NCBI GenBank assembly: GCA_963662265.2
Contig: CAXXHA010000005.1
Coordinates: 1-60,356 of the forward strand
DNA length: 60,356 nucleotides
Direction: 5' to 3'
From: Spirochaetia bacterium
GTDB taxonomy: Bacteria > Spirochaetota > Spirochaetia > CADAEX01
Positions 10,913 to 22,096 of this stretch are shown here, in pieces; the first letter of the stretch is position 1; each line of letters begins with the position of its first letter. A program made the translations under genes and the position numbers. The notes beneath the pieces are model-generated. The model was not told where the DNA came from and made no database searches. It saw only the letters and a list, made by a program, of their open reading frames with translations.

Positions 10913-12733
10913 TTGGCAGATAAAAATCAGACAAATAAAGAAGCAAAAAAGATACTCAAAACTGTTTTCGGATACAGTTCTTTTCGCGAAAACCAGGAAG
11001 AAGTCATAACTGCAATAATGTCAGGTAAGGATGTATTTACCTCAATGCCTACAGGCGGAGGTAAGAGTCTCTGCTACCAGATCCCCGGATTGATGTTTGA
11101 CGGGCTGACTGTTGTTATCAGTCCCCTGATTGCACTTATGAAAGACCAGGTTGATGATGCTGTTTCAAAAGGTATTCCTGCAGCTTTTCTGAACAGTACA
11201 CTTAAGAAGGAGGATATTTCAGGAATCTATTCCCGGCTCTACAGGAATGAGATAAAACTGTTATACCTGTCTCCAGAGAGACTTGCAGTTGAAGGATATA
11301 TAGACCACCTGCATGATTTTAAAATTTCCTTCTTTGCGATAGATGAAGCTCACTGCCTTTCCGAGTGGGGGCATGATTTCCGCCCTGATTATCTTTTTCT
11401 GTCCAAAATACGGAATAAATTCCCAGATGTTCCCATGGCTGCATTCACAGCTACAGCAACAAAAAAAGTCCAGGATGATATCATACGTATTTTAAAGTTA
11501 AAGAAACCTCTTACTATCCGCGCATCTTTTGACCGCAAAGAGCTGAATTACCTTGTAAGACCCAAAACAGAAGTGCTTTCGCAGATATCAGCATTCATTA
11601 AAAAATACCCGGAAGAGTCAGGTATTGTGTACCGCATAAGCCGTAAAGATGTTGAGAAAACCGCCTCCCATTTAAAGCAAAGGGGAATTAAAGCGCTCCA
11701 CTATCATGCAGGATTAACCAGGGAGGAGAGAAATAAAAACCAGGAACTTTTCAACAATGATGAAGTTGATGTAATAGTTGCAACAACTGCATTCGGAATG
11801 GGCATAAATAAGAGTAATATACGCTATGTTATACATGGTGATCTTCCTAAGAGCATGGAAGGATATTACCAGGAAACAGGCAGAGCCGGCCGTGACGGCC
11901 TTGATTCAGACTGTGTTCTTTTCTTTAGTAACGGTGATATTGTAAAACAGCAATACTTCATCGACCAGATTGAAGACCAGAAAGAACAGCTTAAATGCAG
12001 GAATAATCTAAACAGCCTTTTACGCTTTGCAACTATTAATGTATGCCGGCGAAAGCAGATTCTGGAATATTTCGGAGAGCCTCATAATGGGAATTGCTGC
12101 AATTGTGATGTATGTAATGATATGACAGAAAAGGTTTTGGCTACTGTGGATGCACAGAAAGTTCTATCTGCTATTGCCAGAACCAACCAGGGATTCGGAA
12201 TCAACCATATTATTGATATTGTATGGGGTGCTGATACAGAAAAGATACGCAGCAAAAACCACCACAATCTCAAGACATTCGGAGTCGGAAAAGACAAGAG
12301 TAAAAAATGGTGGCGCAGTATTATCAATGAATTAATCGGACAGCAGGTAATTTATCAGGATAGTGAAAGGTACAATGTTCTCTGCATTAATAAACTGGGA
12401 CAGAAAATACTTTTCGGAGAAGAGGAATTCTACATAAGTGAAGCTTCTGCTTCAAAAGATGATGACAGCCTTTCAAGAAACGACCTGATCGACAGAGGCG
12501 GATTCAAGGACAAGGCGCTTTTCAAACTTCTTAAAGAAAAAAGAACAGAAATTGCTCATGAAAATATGATACCGCCCTATATTATCTTCTCCGATAAGAC
12601 ACTGAAAGACATGTCGCTTCTGAAACCCAGAAACAGCGATGAGTTCCTTCTTGTCTCAGGGGTCGGAGAAAAGAAGATGGAGGTTTATGGACCTCAATTT
12701 CTTCCTGTTATCAGAGAATATCTGGATGAATGA
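10913..12733 (+). CDS. recQ: ATP-dependent DNA helicase RecQ
   Basis: MPTGGGKSLCYQ, DEAHC, WGHDFRP, QETGRAGRDG, Zn-binding Cys cluster, C-terminal HRDC-like region. Confidence 0.97.
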   Translation: MADKNQTNKEAKKILKTVFGYSSFRENQEEVITAIMSGKDVFTSMPTGGGKSLCYQIPGLMFDGLTVVISPLIALMKDQVDDAVSKGIPAAFLNSTLKKEDISGIYSRLYRNEIKLLYLSPERLAVEGYIDHLHDFKISFFAIDEAHCLSEWGHDFRPDYLFLSKIRNKFPDVPMAAFTATATKKVQDDIIRILKLKKPLTIRASFDRKELNYLVRPKTEVLSQISAFIKKYPEESGIVYRISRKDVEKTASHLKQRGIKALHYHAGLTREERNKNQELFNNDEVDVIVATTAFGMGINKSNIRYVIHGDLPKSMEGYYQETGRAGRDGLDSDCVLFFSNGDIVKQQYFIDQIEDQKEQLKCRNNLNSLLRFATINVCRRKQILEYFGEPHNGNCCNCDVCNDMTEKVLATVDAQKVLSAIARTNQGFGINHIIDIVWGADTEKIRSKNHHNLKTFGVGKDKSKKWWRSIINELIGQQVIYQDSERYNVLCINKLGQKILFGEEEFYISEASASKDDDSLSRNDLIDRGGFKDKALFKLLKEKRTEIAHENMIPPYIIFSDKTLKDMSLLKPRNSDEFLLVSGVGEKKMEVYGPQFLPVIREYLDE

Positions 12734-12839
12734 GTATCTTGACAATACTTATCCGTAATATTCCTTGAAAAATAACTCTTAATTTGAATATATGATGATA
12801 GATTCATTCTTTTCAGTAAACGTATTAAACAGATACCAG

Positions 12840-14735
12840 TTAATTGACAGGCAGTTTTATAATAAAATCAGCCCCTCCTGCAGATGAAGGCTCAACAGAT
12901 ATTTCTCCTCCATGGTATTCCTTGATAATAAAGAAAGAGATTGAAAGCCCCAGCCCGGTACCCTTGCCGGATTCTTTGGTTGTAAAGAAAGGTTCAAATA
13001 TTTTCTTTTTTATTTCTTCTGAAATCCCCTTGCCGTTATCTTCTATGCTTATAACAACAAACCTTTTATTGTTTGAACTGAATATTGATATGATAAATTT
13101 AGGAGAATCTATCTCATCCTGCTCCATTGCCTGCATGCCGTTATTCAGCACATTAAAAAGAACCTGCTGAATTTTGTTTGGATCGCATAAAACTTCTGGG
13201 ACATCTTCATTTACATTTTTTACAATTTCAACTTTTTTATAATATTTATTTGTACTGATCAGTTTCAGAGTCTCGTTAACCAGGAACGGTATTGAATTCA
13301 GGCTTTTCTTTAGGTTTTCCTTGCGTGAAAAATTAAGCATGCTTTCTGTAATTTCATTAATTTTCTTACCTGAACTTATAATGTTATCCAGTAATTTTTC
13401 CGTTTCCTTCTTTTCCGTAAATATTTCAGAATTCTTTAAAAGAATATCAGCTTTTTCATCATGATCCTTATCAGTTGGTATTTCAAAATCAGCAAACTGT
13501 TCTGATAAAAGCTGTGCCGAGCTTAAAATAACAGTTAATGGATTGTTAATTTCATGTGCCATACCTGCCGCAATACCGCCGATTGACATCATCTTTTCAC
13601 TCTGTATCAGCATCTCTTCTATTCTGAGTTTCTGGGTCATATCGCTTGAAACAATAAACGATGCTTTTTTATCCCAGAGTGTAATATCGTATTTACTTGT
13701 TTCTGCAGGAAATACAGTACCATCCTTTTTTCTGTGCAGTTCATATTTTCCGTCTCTTGATTCAGCAGAATATTCACTCCCTGTTTCCAGCAGATCTGAA
13801 TAAATCATACAAGTGAGTTCTTCCCAGGTATATCCGTATATTTTTGTAGCTGCCGTATTGATATCCAGTATACTGCCGCTTTCAGTTTCAAAAATAATAA
13901 TAGCACTGCCTTCCCTCTCAAAAAGTGTTCTATATTTTTCCTCACTCTCTCTGAGTTCTTTAAGAGTGCTGTAAAGCCTTGAGGTCATTTCATTAAAAGA
14001 GGAGGCAAGTTCACCAATTTCATTCCCTTCAGAAACTGCAACTGAAAGGCCTGTAATATTTCCGTTTATTATCTCGGATGTAGCTTCTGTCAGTTTTGTA
14101 ATAGGCCTGGATATTTTTTTTGAAAGGAGAAAACCTATTATTATATAGGAAACAACTATACTAAGGGCTAATATACCGTAGGAAATAACAATTATTATTG
14201 ATTTAATTTTATAGTAATTTATCTCGTTCTGGATGTTTACAGGTATATTATTCAGCAGGACAGTAAGCTGATTATCTATATCTTTTATACCTGTATAAAT
14301 TATTGCAACAACTTCATTATCTTCCCTTGATGACAATATGTTTTTGCTGAGATATTTTTCAAGATGCGGTTTCAGTTCTTCACAACTGTCAATTATGTTT
14401 TCGGCAGTAAAATAATCTGTATTTTCAATATCAATCAGTAATTTAATAGTATTATTGAATTCCCACAAGGTTAATATTTTATGCCGGTCATCCCTGATAC
14501 TGAAATAATTTTCAAGATAGTTTTCAAATTTACTGAAACTGTTGTTTACTTGTACAAACTGGACCATGCTTCTGTTTAACGGAATAATAGTTTCTATAGA
14601 TCTGTTGGTAATAATAAGCCCATAAGTTCCGGTACCCATTACAATAACAGCCAGAAATACAATAATAAGTGATTTTAAGAATATCTCTTTTTTTATGGAT
14701 CCTTTTTTACTATTCAAAGCTATATATTGTTGCAC
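12840..14735 (-). CDS. HAMP-PAS sensor histidine kinase
   Basis: 2 TM helices, HAMP, PAS, AHEINNPL, DNGKG and GTGLGL. Confidence 0.92.
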   Translation of the reverse strand: MQQYIALNSKKGSIKKEIFLKSLIIVFLAVIVMGTGTYGLIITNRSIETIIPLNRSMVQFVQVNNSFSKFENYLENYFSIRDDRHKILTLWEFNNTIKLLIDIENTDYFTAENIIDSCEELKPHLEKYLSKNILSSREDNEVVAIIYTGIKDIDNQLTVLLNNIPVNIQNEINYYKIKSIIIVISYGILALSIVVSYIIIGFLLSKKISRPITKLTEATSEIINGNITGLSVAVSEGNEIGELASSFNEMTSRLYSTLKELRESEEKYRTLFEREGSAIIIFETESGSILDINTAATKIYGYTWEELTCMIYSDLLETGSEYSAESRDGKYELHRKKDGTVFPAETSKYDITLWDKKASFIVSSDMTQKLRIEEMLIQSEKMMSIGGIAAGMAHEINNPLTVILSSAQLLSEQFADFEIPTDKDHDEKADILLKNSEIFTEKKETEKLLDNIISSGKKINEITESMLNFSRKENLKKSLNSIPFLVNETLKLISTNKYYKKVEIVKNVNEDVPEVLCDPNKIQQVLFNVLNNGMQAMEQDEIDSPKFIISIFSSNNKRFVVISIEDNGKGISEEIKKKIFEPFFTTKESGKGTGLGLSISFFIIKEYHGGEISVEPSSAGGADFIIKLPVN

Positions 14736-15699
14736 TCCTTATAATATTATGGTTGAACAGGATATTCAGTTTTTCGGCAATCTCAAGATTAAGATAAATT
14801 TCACCCTCTTTATTATGCGTAACAGGGATATCAGAAACACTTCTTCCATTTATTATTTCAACAGCTTTTTCTGCAACCCAGATACCCTGTTCTGTAGGAA
14901 CAACAACAAGCCCCATTATTGAGCAGTTCATTATTGACTTATTTACAGTACCAATCGGAATTTCAATATTCTGTAAAACAAAATCCGAAGCTTCCTTTTC
15001 ATTCCACTCTTTCATGCTTGTAAGAGTACCGCTGTGAATAAGAATATCTGCTTCCTTCTGTATTTTTAAAAAGGAATCTTTCCATTCACTGAAGTTTTCA
15101 ACAAAATAAGCATTCATATTTATTCCGAGAACATTCAGATAGGCATTTATCTCCTTTCGGGAAGTCAATGTATCATACCCGAGCCATGAAACTTTTTCCC
15201 CGTCCGCATATTCCTTTAAATAATCAATAAGCTGCTCCATCAGTGTAACAGAGATCATTCCTGTTGTATTGGTATAGGGGGCATCATAAGCAGAAACATC
15301 CCAGTCAAGGCCTGCAAATATGACATTAATCTCTGAATCCCTGTAATACTGCATAACAAGATACTTAAAAGCATTGTCGTCAAATGTTATTATAACATCA
15401 GGTTTATATTCTTCAATTTTATTTTTTGCCTCTGTTGCAGCTTTTTTTATAAACTCTTCATCCCTGTTTCTCTGGGTATCCATATAGAAAAAATCATATT
15501 TTATTCCATTTTCTTTCAGGATCTTCTCAATACTTTCATTATGCTCCATTACCCTTCTTGAATCTGAATGGTATGAGTGGATAATTAAAACTTTTTTTTC
15601 CTGATCTGTTTCTTTTTGTGTTTTATCTTTCAGGATCCCTTTTGCACATCCTGAGAACAGCAGCATGGTTATGAGAGTTATTATTGAAAAATATTTCAT
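14710..15699 (-). CDS. ABC-type substrate-binding lipoprotein, overlapping the kinase gene
   Basis: Lipobox FSGC; IIHSYH and PDVIITFDDNA. Confidence 0.75.
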   Translation of the reverse strand: MKYFSIITLITMLLFSGCAKGILKDKTQKETDQEKKVLIIHSYHSDSRRVMEHNESIEKILKENGIKYDFFYMDTQRNRDEEFIKKAATEAKNKIEEYKPDVIITFDDNAFKYLVMQYYRDSEINVIFAGLDWDVSAYDAPYTNTTGMISVTLMEQLIDYLKEYADGEKVSWLGYDTLTSRKEINAYLNVLGINMNAYFVENFSEWKDSFLKIQKEADILIHSGTLTSMKEWNEKEASDFVLQNIEIPIGTVNKSIMNCSIMGLVVVPTEQGIWVAEKAVEIINGRSVSDIPVTHNKEGEIYLNLEIAEKLNILFNHNIIRSATIYSFE

Positions 15700-16061
15700 A
15701 TAAACTCCTTATATTTTAACATAATACATTAGGATTCCCAATACATATTTTTTTTCATATTTTCTAACTATTCCGATATTTTTGCAATTCAAATAAAATG
15801 GCAAAATTGTAATACTGTTTCAGTAAAATCTCTCTGTTTTCCTAACCTATAATTTTATTATTTTTTCATGTCTCATTCAATATTTTTAATCAATAAACAC
15901 AAAATACACTAATCTTTCATATTTCTCCTTATTCATTATTATGTATTGTTTACGTTATTCATCATAATAAATATTTTACTGCTTGACCTCTTGATTATTC
16001 TCTGTATATTAAAAAAAGGAAACATCAATTATTAAGACAGATATTTTCTTACCGGGAGGTT

Positions 16062-17447
16062 ATGATGAAGGTTACAAGTTACGGAGCAGCCCAGATTGTT
16101 ACAGGGTCCTGCCATCTGGTAGAAACAGACGGTCACAGATTCCTTATAGACTGCGGAATGTTCCAGGGAAGCAAGGATCTGAACAGGAGAAACTACGAGC
16201 CGTTCGGTTTCAGCCCCTCTACAGTCGACTTTCTAATACTGACCCACGGCCATATCGACCACTGCGGTCTTCTTCCAAAGCTTGTAAAAAACGGCTTTAA
16301 AGGAAAAATATACACAAGCCCTGCAACTGCAGATCTTCTTCCTGCAATGCTTTCAGATTCAGCATATATCCAGGAAAAGGATACTGAACATGAAAACCGC
16401 CGCCGTCAGCGCAAGGGAGAGGACCCCAGAGAACCTCTTTACACCAGGGATGATATTCCAGATGTTCTTTCAAGGATAACAGAGCTTGATTACGATACAA
16501 GAATTGATATTTCCCCTGATTTCAGCTTCATGCTCCGCGATGCCGGACATATTATAGGATCTGCAATGGTTCAGCTTTTTATCAGGGATAACGGCGATTA
16601 CAGGAATGTTGTCTTTTCAGGAGACCTCGGGCAGTGGGATGTCCCCATTATCGAGGACCCTACCTTTATCAACAGGGCTGATTATGTTTTCATTGAAACA
16701 ACATACGGAGACCGGCTTCACCAGGAGCCAGAGCCAAGAAAAGAGAGCCTTTACCGCCATATAAAGAGTGTATATGAAAGAGGAGGAAAACTCCTTATTC
16801 CAAGCTTTGCACTTGAAAGGACCCAGGAGCTTCTCTATACATTAAGCGAGCTTATAAACGAAAACAGCGATTTTCCCGATATGAATGTCTACCTTGACAG
16901 CCCACTTGCCATAAAGATTACAGAGGTTTTCCACGAGCACCCTGAGATTTACGATGAAGAGGCGCGGGCAAGACTTGATACCCCGTTTCAGTTTCCCCGC
17001 CTCATATGCACACCCACTACAGAGGATTCCATGAAGCTTAACAAGCTGAAAGATCCTGCAATAATCATAGCAGGAAACGGTATGTGTTCTGCCGGAAGGA
17101 TACGTCACCATCTTAAGCACGGAATATGGGATCCCAGGAACACTGTTCTTTTTGTCGGATACCAGGCAGAAGGTACACTTGGGTGGCATCTTCTTAACGG
17201 TAAAAAGGAAGTTAGGATGATGGGAGATACCTTTGCTGTAAAGGCAGAAATAGACAGGATACATGCATTCTCTGCCCATGCAGACAGGGATGAGCTTCTA
17301 AAATGGCTTGATGCCTTTATTGAAAAGCCTGAAAGGGTCCATCTTGTTCACGGCGATAAAAAAGTTATGGAGAAATTTGCAGATACACTTGGAGAAAAGG
17401 GTTTCTCTTCACACATTCAGGTAACGGGAGAAGCTGCAGATCTTTAG
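16062..17447 (+). CDS. MBL-fold beta-CASP ribonuclease
   Basis: THGHIDHCG, AGHIIGS, FSGD, FSAHAD and VHG motifs. Confidence 0.92.
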   Translation: MMKVTSYGAAQIVTGSCHLVETDGHRFLIDCGMFQGSKDLNRRNYEPFGFSPSTVDFLILTHGHIDHCGLLPKLVKNGFKGKIYTSPATADLLPAMLSDSAYIQEKDTEHENRRRQRKGEDPREPLYTRDDIPDVLSRITELDYDTRIDISPDFSFMLRDAGHIIGSAMVQLFIRDNGDYRNVVFSGDLGQWDVPIIEDPTFINRADYVFIETTYGDRLHQEPEPRKESLYRHIKSVYERGGKLLIPSFALERTQELLYTLSELINENSDFPDMNVYLDSPLAIKITEVFHEHPEIYDEEARARLDTPFQFPRLICTPTTEDSMKLNKLKDPAIIIAGNGMCSAGRIRHHLKHGIWDPRNTVLFVGYQAEGTLGWHLLNGKKEVRMMGDTFAVKAEIDRIHAFSAHADRDELLKWLDAFIEKPERVHLVHGDKKVMEKFADTLGEKGFSSHIQVTGEAADL

Positions 17448-17476
17448 ATGTGCCGGATATTAATCCGGCCAGTTTA

Positions 17477-18004
17477 TTAAAGTATTTTTGATTCATTCAG
17501 ACGGCTGATTACTGTGTCTGTCAACTGTTTAAGATCGTTTTCATTTACTTTATAAACTGATGTATCTTTTCTTTCAGGTTTCGGTTCTGAAGGCAAAAGA
17601 TCTGCTATATGCAGATCAATCACTGTAGCAGGTACTTTTCCAACTCTTTTCCTTAGTTCGTTTTCAAGCTTTGGGTTGGGCCCGTCTGCTCCGCCGCTTA
17701 TTGATATAAATGCGTAACTGTCAATATTCTGTTTCAGTTTTTTAATGCAGCCCCTCATGGGAAATGCAACAGAACCAATCCATACAGGGGCAACAAACAA
17801 CGCAAGATCATATTTCCCCTCTTCATCAAGTTGCATAATAATTTCAGGTGTTCTGTTGAAAATCATATCAAATACAGTTGTTGCGATTTTTCTTTCTTTA
17901 GGCTCTGCAATCTTTATGTGTTTCAAAGATAATTTTTCGGCAATGCTTTCTGCAAGCTTTTCATTGTTTCCGGTCAGCGAATAAGAAAAAATAACAGCAC
18001 TCAT
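17477..18004 (-). CDS. Flavodoxin-like protein
   Basis: YSLTGNN and APVW motifs. Confidence 0.7.
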   Translation of the reverse strand: MSAVIFSYSLTGNNEKLAESIAEKLSLKHIKIAEPKERKIATTVFDMIFNRTPEIIMQLDEEGKYDLALFVAPVWIGSVAFPMRGCIKKLKQNIDSYAFISISGGADGPNPKLENELRKRVGKVPATVIDLHIADLLPSEPKPERKDTSVYKVNENDLKQLTDTVISRLNESKIL

Positions 18005-18054
18005 AAAAACCTCTCTTTTAAAATAGTATTTTTTATTCCCTTACCTTGGGGATT

Positions 18055-18534
18055 TTATCTTCTGCTTTGAAATCTCCCTGATATTGATGCTTCCTGAATA
18101 ATGTGTCCTTCCATTTCCCTGATCAGATCTTTCTTTCTGCTTTTTGCAGGTAACTCAAGCCTGCAGTCCAGAATATAAAAATTGAATTTATAGACATGAA
18201 TCCATTTGAAGGGAGGTTTTGGGCCTCTGTAAATGTGCCGCCCGTAAGCTACTCCCTGGATTGCGCCACTTAGAGTATCAACTGTTTTCCCTTTCGGTAT
18301 ACAGGACGGTATATTTTTCATTACAGGGATATTCCAGATCAGCCAGTGATTAAAATCAGGAAACAACGGGTGTGACGAGTCATCCATTGTAATAGCGATG
18401 GTCAGCGCTTTTTCCGATATACCGCTTAATTCGAATTGAGGGGAAACATCTTCACCCCTGCCTGTATTCCTTAACGGTATCCATCCCCCGTCTTCAAAAT
18501 CCGCGCTTTTTACGTTCAGTTTCTGTTCACACAT
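18055..18534 (-). CDS. YbhB/YbcL (PEBP) family protein
   Basis: SP, HWLIWNIP and YRGPKPP..HVY motifs. Confidence 0.88.
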   Translation of the reverse strand: MCEQKLNVKSADFEDGGWIPLRNTGRGEDVSPQFELSGISEKALTIAITMDDSSHPLFPDFNHWLIWNIPVMKNIPSCIPKGKTVDTLSGAIQGVAYGRHIYRGPKPPFKWIHVYKFNFYILDCRLELPAKSRKKDLIREMEGHIIQEASISGRFQSRR

Positions 18535-18738
18535 TTTAACCTGCTCTTTTTTATTAAAGAATATCCGATTTATTCAGAAGACTTATACTGAAAAATTATT
18601 TTTACAAGTGGCGCAATTCAATCCGCAGTATGCAAAATCTTCTTTTTTCATGACTTCTGAATTCATAAAATTATCCTTTTTTAAAATTAAAAGTTTGCTC
18701 TCTTTTTCATATATACAGTATTATATGTATATTTACAT

Positions 18739-19044
18739 ATGTTGCAAATTCAGAAAAATGGAGATTTTCCCCTGGATATAATCTATAAAATATTTACAGA
18801 AAAGATATTTATTATATCTTTTCTTGTGTTTTCTTCTGTAATGACATTGCTTTTTTACAGCTCTCTGCCATTCAAAAAAGCTGAAACCAAAAGAAGAAAA
18901 ACTGTTAAAAGAAAAGTAATTATTGAAGAGAAGCCTTTTAAAGGAACTGATAATCCCGGAAAGCTTATTGTTCCAGAAACAACATACAATACATTAAAAA
19001 AAGAGGGGCTGATCCATTCACCGGAAGAGAATTTTAATAAATAA
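18739..19044 (+). CDS. Hypothetical single-TM protein
   Basis: ORF filling an intergenic gap, one hydrophobic segment. Confidence 0.4.
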   Translation: MLQIQKNGDFPLDIIYKIFTEKIFIISFLVFSSVMTLLFYSSLPFKKAETKRRKTVKRKVIIEEKPFKGTDNPGKLIVPETTYNTLKKEGLIHSPEENFNK

Positions 19045-19051
19045 TATAATC

Positions 19052-20263
19052 TTACTTTACGGCTGTATTTAAGGTTAGAACACCAGGTATATTTCCACCA
19101 TACTGATCAGGGCATTCATAGCCATCCGGTATCTGCTCTGTACCCCATGCTGAGTAAAACATATAATACTTTCCATTAACCAGAATTACTTCAATACCAG
19201 TGAGAAACCCTAAAGACTCATAACTATATTCTTTACTGTATAATATATCACGTGCAGTGTAGTCAGCATTCCAATTAATTCCATCATCTGATGTTGCATG
19301 AAAAAAACCATTTACGGTGTTATAGCTACATGGTACAGTTGCTTTTTCAGCGTCTGTATCGTTGCTGAACCACATTTCGTATTGATGAGTATCTGGATTA
19401 TACAAGACACCTGGCTGCTGACCCGAACCAGTGCCACTTCTTGACAGGCTGCTGAGAGGATTATTATGGTTAGCTATCCATGAAATCCCATCATTAGATA
19501 TTGCATGGCATATGCCAAGTGCAAGGAATGTACCACCTGCTGTTTCGACCATACAGGTGAACCACATATGATATATGCCGTTTTGATAAACAACCTCCGG
19601 ATCAGCAACAATACCTTCTCCATAGTTCCCAGGCAGCCCGTTGCCAAAAAGCGCGGCATCGGGTTCTAAAACCAATCCAGGTTTATTATCTATACCTGGA
19701 CTTATACGATTGAATGAACTTCCATTATCTGAATAAGCCAGTCCAATTTGATAATAAGTATACGTGCCTGGTTTATTTGGAGGAGCATCTATATCCTTGT
19801 TAGCTCCTGAATAATACATAAGATATTTTTTACCTGGCGGTGCAAGCGGATCAGGGTTTTTAATTACTGTTGGTGTTTCGCAATGAGTATAATCCCAGGC
19901 AGCTGAGTTATCTGATTCCTGTAATGCAATAACAGGATCAGACCAGTTTATTCCATCAAGGCTTTCAGAATATTTGATTGTCATGGTTTCATCGCCTGAT
20001 GAAATATCTTTAAGAGTAGAAGAAAACCAGGCTTTCCATTTATTATCTTCAGTATCAAATATGACTGTAGGATCTGCAGGGCCAAAATCAAATATTGTAC
20101 CCTCTATTGAAGGAATAATTAAAGGATTATTTACACATCTTTCCCAATTTTGTGGATTTATTTTGCTGCTTTGCAAGCTTGAGTTCCTGGAAATGTCACA
20201 CATGCAAAATAACAAAAATAATATTATAATAAAAAATAATCCGAATTTTATTGTTATTATCAA
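19052..20263 (-). CDS. Secreted beta-propeller glycoside-hydrolase-like protein
   Basis: Repeated ADPTV/ETPTV/ADPEV/QQPGV blades and S-x-DG-x-x-W boxes. Confidence 0.65.
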   Translation of the reverse strand: MIITIKFGLFFIIILFLLFCMCDISRNSSLQSSKINPQNWERCVNNPLIIPSIEGTIFDFGPADPTVIFDTEDNKWKAWFSSTLKDISSGDETMTIKYSESLDGINWSDPVIALQESDNSAAWDYTHCETPTVIKNPDPLAPPGKKYLMYYSGANKDIDAPPNKPGTYTYYQIGLAYSDNGSSFNRISPGIDNKPGLVLEPDAALFGNGLPGNYGEGIVADPEVVYQNGIYHMWFTCMVETAGGTFLALGICHAISNDGISWIANHNNPLSSLSRSGTGSGQQPGVLYNPDTHQYEMWFSNDTDAEKATVPCSYNTVNGFFHATSDDGINWNADYTARDILYSKEYSYESLGFLTGIEVILVNGKYYMFYSAWGTEQIPDGYECPDQYGGNIPGVLTLNTAVK

Positions 20264-20399
20264 TATAACTCACCTCTAACTAATGTACATATACATATTA
20301 AAAACAAAATAATTTTTTCCAGGTTGATTATACAGTCAATTCCAGTATACCTGACTTTTTTTATATAAGGCGTACAGAGATTGTTGATTTCCTTTGCTT

Positions 20400-21053
20400 T
20401 TAAAGTTCACCATCCCATTCCTTATAGAACTCATCAAGAAATATTTCCATATATTTATGTCTTTGTTCAGCCATTGTTTTTCCAGTATTTGTATTTATTA
20501 GATCTTTAAGTAAAAGAAGTTTTTCATAAAAATGATTGATTGTCGGAGCATTGCTCATCTTATACTCCTCTTTACTCATATTAAGATCAGGTTTAATTTC
20601 AGGATTATATATTTCTCTTCCTTTATGACCGCCGTAATTAAATGTCCTCGCAACTCCTATTGCTCCCATTGCATCCAATCTATCCGCATCCTGAACCACA
20701 TCAAGTTCAGGAGAACTGAAAATTTGAGTATGCTTTCCCCCCTTGAATGATATATTTAAAATGATATTTTCAATATGAACTATCACATCTTCTTCAACAT
20801 CCAATGAACTCAATATTTCCCTTGCTTTACGGGGACCTATTGTTTCATCACCATCATGGAATTTTGAATCCGCTATATCATGCAGCAATGCCCCAAGTTC
20901 AACAACAAACATATCGACATTTTCAGTTTGTGCAATATGCCTGGATAATTTCCAGACACGATAAATATGCCACCAGTCATGACCGCCTTCAGCATCGGAT
21001 AAAACTTCTTTTACGAAATCAATGGTTTTTTTAATTACAGTTTTCTGATCCAT
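20400..21053 (-). CDS. HD-domain phosphohydrolase
   Basis: HDWWHIYRV, LLHD and DADRLDAMGAIG. Confidence 0.9.
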   Translation of the reverse strand: MDQKTVIKKTIDFVKEVLSDAEGGHDWWHIYRVWKLSRHIAQTENVDMFVVELGALLHDIADSKFHDGDETIGPRKAREILSSLDVEEDVIVHIENIILNISFKGGKHTQIFSSPELDVVQDADRLDAMGAIGVARTFNYGGHKGREIYNPEIKPDLNMSKEEYKMSNAPTINHFYEKLLLLKDLINTNTGKTMAEQRHKYMEIFLDEFYKEWDGEL

Positions 21054-21262
21054 ATTGTTTACAGAATAACAGTGTGGCTATTCCAATGCAACGCATATTT
21101 TGCCTTTGCTGGTATCACATTACGATGTTATCCGTAATATAAAATAGATCGATTTATGTGGAGTATCAAAGTTTAAAAAAGATATAACAGGTTTTAAAAG
21201 CTGTTCTGTAAAAACTGAAAACTATATTACAGTAACAATCAGGCTAAGAATAACTTACCTGT

Positions 21263-22084
21263 CTACTTCTCTGATGCAAGCGCAAAACCTTTCATAAAAC
21301 TTTCCTGCATTACGAAAAATACAACAAGAGGCGGAATCATGGTAATCATTACCCCTGCCATTATTACTCCCCAGTTATTCATGGCCTCTGCCTGAATAAG
21401 CATTTTTACTCCGATCTGCACTACCCTCATATTTTTAGAATTGGTAGCCATCAGCGGCCACAGATACTGGTTCCAGATATAGATGAATTCGATTACAGTC
21501 AGTGCTCCGATAGAGTTCTTGGAAAGAGGAATAAGTATATGAAAAAGGAACTTCATCGGATGGCAGCCGTCCATCTTGGCGGCGTCCAGCAGTTCAACAG
21601 GAATAGTCCGGAAACGCTGAACAAACAGGAAGGTACCGGTCGCACTTGCCAGAAATGGAAAGATAAGTCCCAGATAGGTATTTATCCAGCCGAAACTGCT
21701 TACAATACTGAAAAGCGCTACTATTCTGACCGGGATAGGCAGAAGAAGTGTAACAATAACTATGAAAAACAGGATATTTTTCCCTTTGAAATCAAAATAT
21801 GTAAAGGCGAAAGCTGCCAGAAGGCTGAATACTATTTTACCGGCAGTGACGGCTGCCGCAATTATAGCTGAGTTAAGCATCATCCGTCCCAGGCTTACAC
21901 TCTTCCAGGCGGTAACATAGTTGGAAAAATGGGCGGAAGGCAGTATTTTCGGAGGCGATGAGTAGACTTCAACCGGAGTTTGAGTACTGATCACGAAGGA
22001 GAGAATTACGGGAAGACTCACTATAAAGATGCTGATTATGATCAAGATATGCAGTACTGCTGTCTGAAGCTTTGTTCGTTTCAT
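21263..22084 (-). CDS. Carbohydrate/glycerol-3-phosphate ABC permease (UgpE-like)
   Basis: EAA loop ELLDAAKMDG and WNQYLWPL. Confidence 0.85.
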   Translation of the reverse strand: MKRTKLQTAVLHILIIISIFIVSLPVILSFVISTQTPVEVYSSPPKILPSAHFSNYVTAWKSVSLGRMMLNSAIIAAAVTAGKIVFSLLAAFAFTYFDFKGKNILFFIVIVTLLLPIPVRIVALFSIVSSFGWINTYLGLIFPFLASATGTFLFVQRFRTIPVELLDAAKMDGCHPMKFLFHILIPLSKNSIGALTVIEFIYIWNQYLWPLMATNSKNMRVVQIGVKMLIQAEAMNNWGVIMAGVMITMIPPLVVFFVMQESFMKGFALASEK

Positions 22085-22096
22085 TATTCTTTCTCC